From an uncultured Verrucomicrobiae bacterium (GTDB lineage: Bacteria > Verrucomicrobiota > Verrucomicrobiia > Chthoniobacterales > JAFAMB01), in NCBI GenBank assembly GCA_963762565.1, contig CAVXLD010000001.1:1441129-1505128 (forward strand): a DNA stretch of 64,000 bases, written 5' to 3'. The notes beneath the pieces are model-generated. The model ran no database searches. It was not told where the DNA came from and was given only the letters and a program-made list of their open reading frames with translations. A program made the position numbers and the translations under genes. Shown here in pieces: positions 59,951 to 64,000 of this stretch. Every line of letters begins with the position of its first letter. The first letter of the stretch is position 1.

Positions 59951-60080
59951 AAAGGGGGGCAAAGCTGGCTCACTCTGGAATTTTAGCGTGACCTTAGTGT
60001 GAGTAATTTGGCGCAACAGACAGCGAATGGTGTTATCGAGCTTGAGCTAAGTCCTTCATGAGATGGGGTTTATCGATGGA

Positions 60081-60153
60081 AGCCGGCAACCGGATTCGAA
60101 CCGGTGACCTGCTGATTACAAGTCAGCTGCTCTACCAGCTGAGCTATGCCGGC
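60081..60153 (-). tRNA. tRNA-Thr(UGU)
   Basis: GCCGGCATAGCTCAGCTGGTAGAGCAGCTGACT-TGT-AATCAGCAGGTCACCGGTTCGAATCCGGTTGCCGGCT forms a cloverleaf. Confidence 0.96.
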
Positions 60154-60358
60154 ATCTGGCAAGACAAGGCCCAGAGGTTACCGGCGTTTCCTCACCATCT
60201 CAACCGGATTTTTCGGTTGCGCTAAGGCTACTCCTGGTCCTAGGGTGCTCTCGGTAGACCGGCTCCTTAATCGTATACTTAGTCGTATACTCAACCGCCA
60301 GGTTCGCTTGGCGTTTTCAGTTGGTCGCCCTGGTATAAACCATGCTGGTCAACACCCG

Positions 60359-61405
60359 ATGATTGCGCCAGGTACAAACTTAAAGGGAAGATCGGATGTT
60401 CCGCTCATCCTGCATTGCCACATTCCGAAAACCGCTGGAATCACGGTCAGTGCCGGCTTGAAACGATCGTTTGAGCTTTGCCACATCCATCATTATCATC
60501 CTGATCCGCTGTATATCTTGACGCCAGAGGTTTTGGAGGACCTGCTGGAAATCAATCCGGCCTTACTATCCATCTCCTCCCATCACTTAAGAAGCTTTCC
60601 GCTCGGCGTCGGCGGTCGGCCGACATTCCTCGTCACTTTCCTGCGGAGACCAGAAGACGTTTTTGTCTCGCAACTAAGGTTCGTCCAGCGCGAGTTTTCA
60701 TTTTTATCGGCTGAAATTAAGAGTGCTTGGCCAAGACATACGCCGGGATTGCCTCTCCGCGAACTAGCCCGCCAATACCTGGACGGAGTCGCAGCTTTTC
60801 AAGATTACTGTCCGCAGACACGTTTTTTCTGTAATCCCACGGCTGCAGCCAAGCTCGGATTTGGAGACGGCCACAAGTACGGTGCGGCTTCATATGAGAT
60901 GGCCTCTTCGATTCTGAACGGATTCCATTTTGTCGGGATCGTTGAGGAGATGAAGAAAAGCTTAGAAGTACTAACCGACCTGCTTTTGGCCTGCGGAATC
61001 AGGGCGTACTTTGATTTGCGGCTAAAGTTGAATAGCAGTCAGGCCAAGGCCAGACCAGCCTGGCTCACTCCCGATGACGAAGTAGGGCGGCGCGTGCTGG
61101 AAGCCAGCGCCAGTGATCGCCTGTTGCACGAGGAATATCGCGTAAGCCTGCTAAAATCACATTGCGACCTTCGAAAGCGGCGATGGTTGGGATTTAAGCC
61201 GGCGGCGACCGACGCCAAGCAGGCATTTGGCATCTCCTGGCGTACTGGGACCAGGTCCTTGGCCAATTCGGCGCAGCTTTATTTTTCGAGACAAACCGAT
61301 CACACTGAGAAGCCGTTCACAACCCCGCTTTGTTCCGATCTACTAGAGTTGCGGGCGGCCAAACCGGTCGCGGATCAGATGAAGGTTCCCGGTTTGGTCC
61401 ACTAA
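60359..61405 (+). CDS. Sulfotransferase-family-like protein, paralog 1
   Basis: HCHIPKTAG (5'-PSB-like), TFLRRPEDVFVS (3'-PB-like), FVGIVEE. Confidence 0.75.
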   Translation: MIAPGTNLKGRSDVPLILHCHIPKTAGITVSAGLKRSFELCHIHHYHPDPLYILTPEVLEDLLEINPALLSISSHHLRSFPLGVGGRPTFLVTFLRRPEDVFVSQLRFVQREFSFLSAEIKSAWPRHTPGLPLRELARQYLDGVAAFQDYCPQTRFFCNPTAAAKLGFGDGHKYGAASYEMASSILNGFHFVGIVEEMKKSLEVLTDLLLACGIRAYFDLRLKLNSSQAKARPAWLTPDDEVGRRVLEASASDRLLHEEYRVSLLKSHCDLRKRRWLGFKPAATDAKQAFGISWRTGTRSLANSAQLYFSRQTDHTEKPFTTPLCSDLLELRAAKPVADQMKVPGLVH

Positions 61406-61469
61406 TCTCCGGCAGCAGCAAGCGAGAAAGCAAGTGGACGAGTCGCTTATGGCAGGAGGCAGAAACCTG

Positions 61470-61559
61470 GTGTCCTGTCCCATAAATAACATGGCTTTCG
61501 CCTTGCCGGCGGCCCATTTTGATCGCAACGAAAGCCATGTTATTTATGGGACAGGACAC
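61470..61559. mobile_element. 90-bp MITE (internally deleted form)
   Basis: Perfect 31-bp TIR GTGTCCTGTCCCATAAATAACATGGCTTTCG. Confidence 0.85.
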
Positions 61560-61782
61560 TCGTGGTTTAGACTGTTCGACCGCTTCCCCGGGGCCGTTCG
61601 CCACATTTTCTGTTGCCCAGACCAAACGAATAACCGAAAGCCTTACGATAACAACCAGCAGCATTCTTGTTCGGGCCAGTAAGACGCCTTCCTCGTTCTT
61701 CGAACGTTGTCCCAATGGTCCTTGGCCAAACCATGCAGCTCGGAAAACTGCCCTTTGCTACTCAACAATGGACTGTCATTCA

Positions 61783-62064
61783 GTGTCCTGTCCCATAAAT
61801 AACATGGCTTTCGTTGCGATCAAAATGGGCCGCCGGCAAGGCGTGAGAAGCGGAGCATATCTAAATCGATACGTGACCGACGAGCAACGCAGCCGCCGGC
61901 CCATTTTCATCGCAACCCTCCGGGCCGTGGCCAGTTGGCTGTTTTTCCGCGTTGCTCGCTCCTTACGTATCAATCTAGATATGCTCGTCGCTCGCGCCTT
62001 GAAAAACAGCCAACTGATCCGGCAGCTGCCGGACGAAAGCCACGTTATTTATGGGACAGGACAC
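61783..62064. mobile_element. 282-bp MITE
   Basis: Same TIR (one mismatch in 31 bp), internally self-complementary, no transposase. Confidence 0.85.
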
Positions 62065-62078
62065 CTAGCAACAGAAAC

Positions 62079-63134
62079 ATGAGCTCTCAAAGACCACCGG
62101 TGGCGCCTCTCATTTTACATTGCCATATCCCAAAAACAGCCGGGACAACCATCAGCGCTGGATTCAGGAACACGTTCGAATTTTTCCATCTTCATCATTA
62201 CCATCCTGATCCATTCTACATTCTAGGGAGAGAGACGTTGGAAAGCCTTCTTGAGATCTTTCCCGATCTGCGATCGATCTCTTCGCATCACTTAAGGAGT
62301 TTTCCTTTGAGCGTCGGCGCTCGGCCAACGTTCTTAGTAACATTTTTGCGGAGACCGGAAGACGCCTTCATTTCGCAACTCAAATATGTACAGCGCAATT
62401 TCGGGTCTCTGCCCGAACCGATGCGTCGTTTGTGGCCCGAGGAAGCCCCTCACTTAACCCTCAGAGAACTAGCCGAAAAATACCTGGACGAAGAGGCAGC
62501 CATCCAGGATTTGTGCCCTCAGACCCGGTTTCTCTGTAATCCAGAAGCTGGGGATTCATTTGGGCTCTCGGATGGCAATCGGAAGGGTTTGAACAGCTAT
62601 GAGATGGCTCACCATATCTTAACCGGCTTTCACTTTGTCGGCATCGTGGAGGAAATGAAAAAGAGCCTGGAAGTACTGGCAGATCGGCTGCTGGAGCGGG
62701 GAACGAGGGTTTATTTCGATCATGACCTGAAGCTCAACACAAGTCGTGAAATTTCGACTCCGGAGTGGCTTACACCGGAGGACGAAGTGGGACAACGGGT
62801 GCTAGCCGCAAGTGAAAATGACCGGCTCCTCCATGAATATTTTCGAGAGGAACTACTTGAGTCTCACCGGGACCTCAGAAAACGCCGTTGGCTGGGATTC
62901 GGGCCGGCAGTAGTAGATGCTAGAGAAACCTTCAGTAATAGCTGGCGCGACGGGGTCCGATCATTGATCACTTCGGCTCACCTCTATTGGTCAAGGAAGA
63001 CGGACCATATTGAGCAACCAATCACCCCGGTGCTCAACTCCGATCTGCTGGAAGCGCGCGCAGCCGAGGCAGTCGCTGACCGTCTGTATTCCGGCGAGCT
63101 CGTAGCAGAGAAGAAGGACATCCTTCTTTTCTAA
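62079..63134 (+). CDS. Sulfotransferase-family-like protein, paralog 2
   Basis: HCHIPKTAGTTI, TFLRRPEDAFIS; colinear with 60359-61405. Confidence 0.75.
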   Translation: MSSQRPPVAPLILHCHIPKTAGTTISAGFRNTFEFFHLHHYHPDPFYILGRETLESLLEIFPDLRSISSHHLRSFPLSVGARPTFLVTFLRRPEDAFISQLKYVQRNFGSLPEPMRRLWPEEAPHLTLRELAEKYLDEEAAIQDLCPQTRFLCNPEAGDSFGLSDGNRKGLNSYEMAHHILTGFHFVGIVEEMKKSLEVLADRLLERGTRVYFDHDLKLNTSREISTPEWLTPEDEVGQRVLAASENDRLLHEYFREELLESHRDLRKRRWLGFGPAVVDARETFSNSWRDGVRSLITSAHLYWSRKTDHIEQPITPVLNSDLLEARAAEAVADRLYSGELVAEKKDILLF

Positions 63135-64000
63135 CGAATGCCGGATATTTCCCATAGCATCGCCCGGGAAATCCCCTCCGGCAGCAGCCAAAAAGGCGGT
63201 GCACAGAGAGTTCCCAACACGTCACTGACCGGATCTGGGAGGAATCGTCCAAACCGCTGCGCCAGCCGCATCCGTTTGTTGAGCCACCAACGCGCATCAG
63301 GACACGCTAATAGATATTGATAGTGACGAATGATCTCATCCGGCGAATGCCGGCGGACAACTTCACACAGTTCTTCCCAGCGCCGGAGTCCGCCCGTTCC
63401 CGTCTTGTGTTGGCGATGAATCCGATAGCGTGACAGCAACTGATCACACCGCTGAAAACGGCAGCGTTTGGCTGCTCGGAGAAACCAGTCCCAATCAAAC
63501 GCATAGTGAAGAGATTCGTCGAGCGGACCCACCAGTTCCCAAGCTGTGCGCGTAAAGAAGACGCTGGGTTGATCAAGAAAATCGGTAATCTGCAGTCGCT
63601 TTGCGTCGAAAGGTACCGCCGACCGGCGTTCGACCCGGCTCGTACTGTCTTGGAACAACTCGCAGCCGCCATAAAAAACAACCGCCTCATTAACGTGCGC
63701 TGCCAAGGCATTCGCGACCGTCGATAGAGTATCGCCCCAGTAGAGGTCATCGCTATTGAGCCAGCCGAACACGTCGCCACGCGCACGCTGGAAACCGCGA
63801 TTAATGGCGTCGGCCTGTCCATGGTCGGGTTTCGATTGCCAGAAAGCGAGGCAGTTTGCTCGCGCCTGGATCACGGCAAAGCTCTCGTCCGTGCTGCCGC
63901 CATCCATGACAATGTAGTCCAGGTTCGAGTAGTCTTGAACGAGCACACTGTCGAGTGTTTCAGCCAGGAAGCGACCTTGGTTCAGCGAGGGCGTAACGAT
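63131..64000 (-). CDS. Glycosyltransferase family 2 (5' end outside the window)
   Basis: IVTPSLNQGRFL, MDGGSTD, GQADAINRG, WLNSDD, DWDWFLR. Confidence 0.92.
   Translation of the reverse strand: MVTPSLNQGRFLAETLDSVLVQDYSNLDYIVMDGGSTDESFAVIQARANCLAFWQSKPDHGQADAINRGFQRARGDVFGWLNSDDLYWGDTLSTVANALAAHVNEAVVFYGGCELFQDSTSRVERRSAVPFDAKRLQITDFLDQPSVFFTRTAWELVGPLDESLHYAFDWDWFLRAAKRCRFQRCDQLLSRYRIHRQHKTGTGGLRRWEELCEVVRRHSPDEIIRHYQYLLACPDARWWLNKRMRLAQRFGRFLPDPVSDVLGTLCAPPFWLLPEGISRAMLWEISGIR

Noticed and set aside
60146..60358. N-terminal extensions of the sulfotransferase-like ORFs (also 61935-62078)
   Set aside because: They overlap the tRNA or the MITE; homology between the paralogs begins only after the internal ATGs.

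Overview
A bacterial chromosome segment, probably from a soil Verrucomicrobium (Chthoniobacterales/Spartobacteria-like). That assignment is inferred from gene style, PSPTP linkers and the intergenic repeats, not tested. Positions 1-52.5 kb are mostly housekeeping and transport genes: upp, a POT transporter, mannitol dehydrogenase, nudC, purN, glnB, gatCA, a KamA-family enzyme, two HtrA proteases, priA, rpiB, a GH1/MGDG-synthase pair and an RND pump. Positions 52.5-60 kb look like a decayed accessory island next to tRNA-Thr(UGU), with an IS21 fragment, YVTN beta-propeller genes and an inverted duplicate of a small membrane-protein gene with a structured leader. The window ends with two sulfotransferase-like paralogs separated by MITEs, then a GT2. 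The most striking signal is non-coding. Many intergenic gaps in the core region hold palindromic elements, often nested: at least five REP/REPIN-like families and many elements whose arms are inverted arrays of 6-9-nt tandem repeats. One such element encloses a GxxExxY PD-(D/E)XK nuclease gene, and a closely related empty element lies 1.6 kb away. This is my best candidate for an undescribed mobile system. Functional calls rest on motif recognition by eye; no database searches were run.
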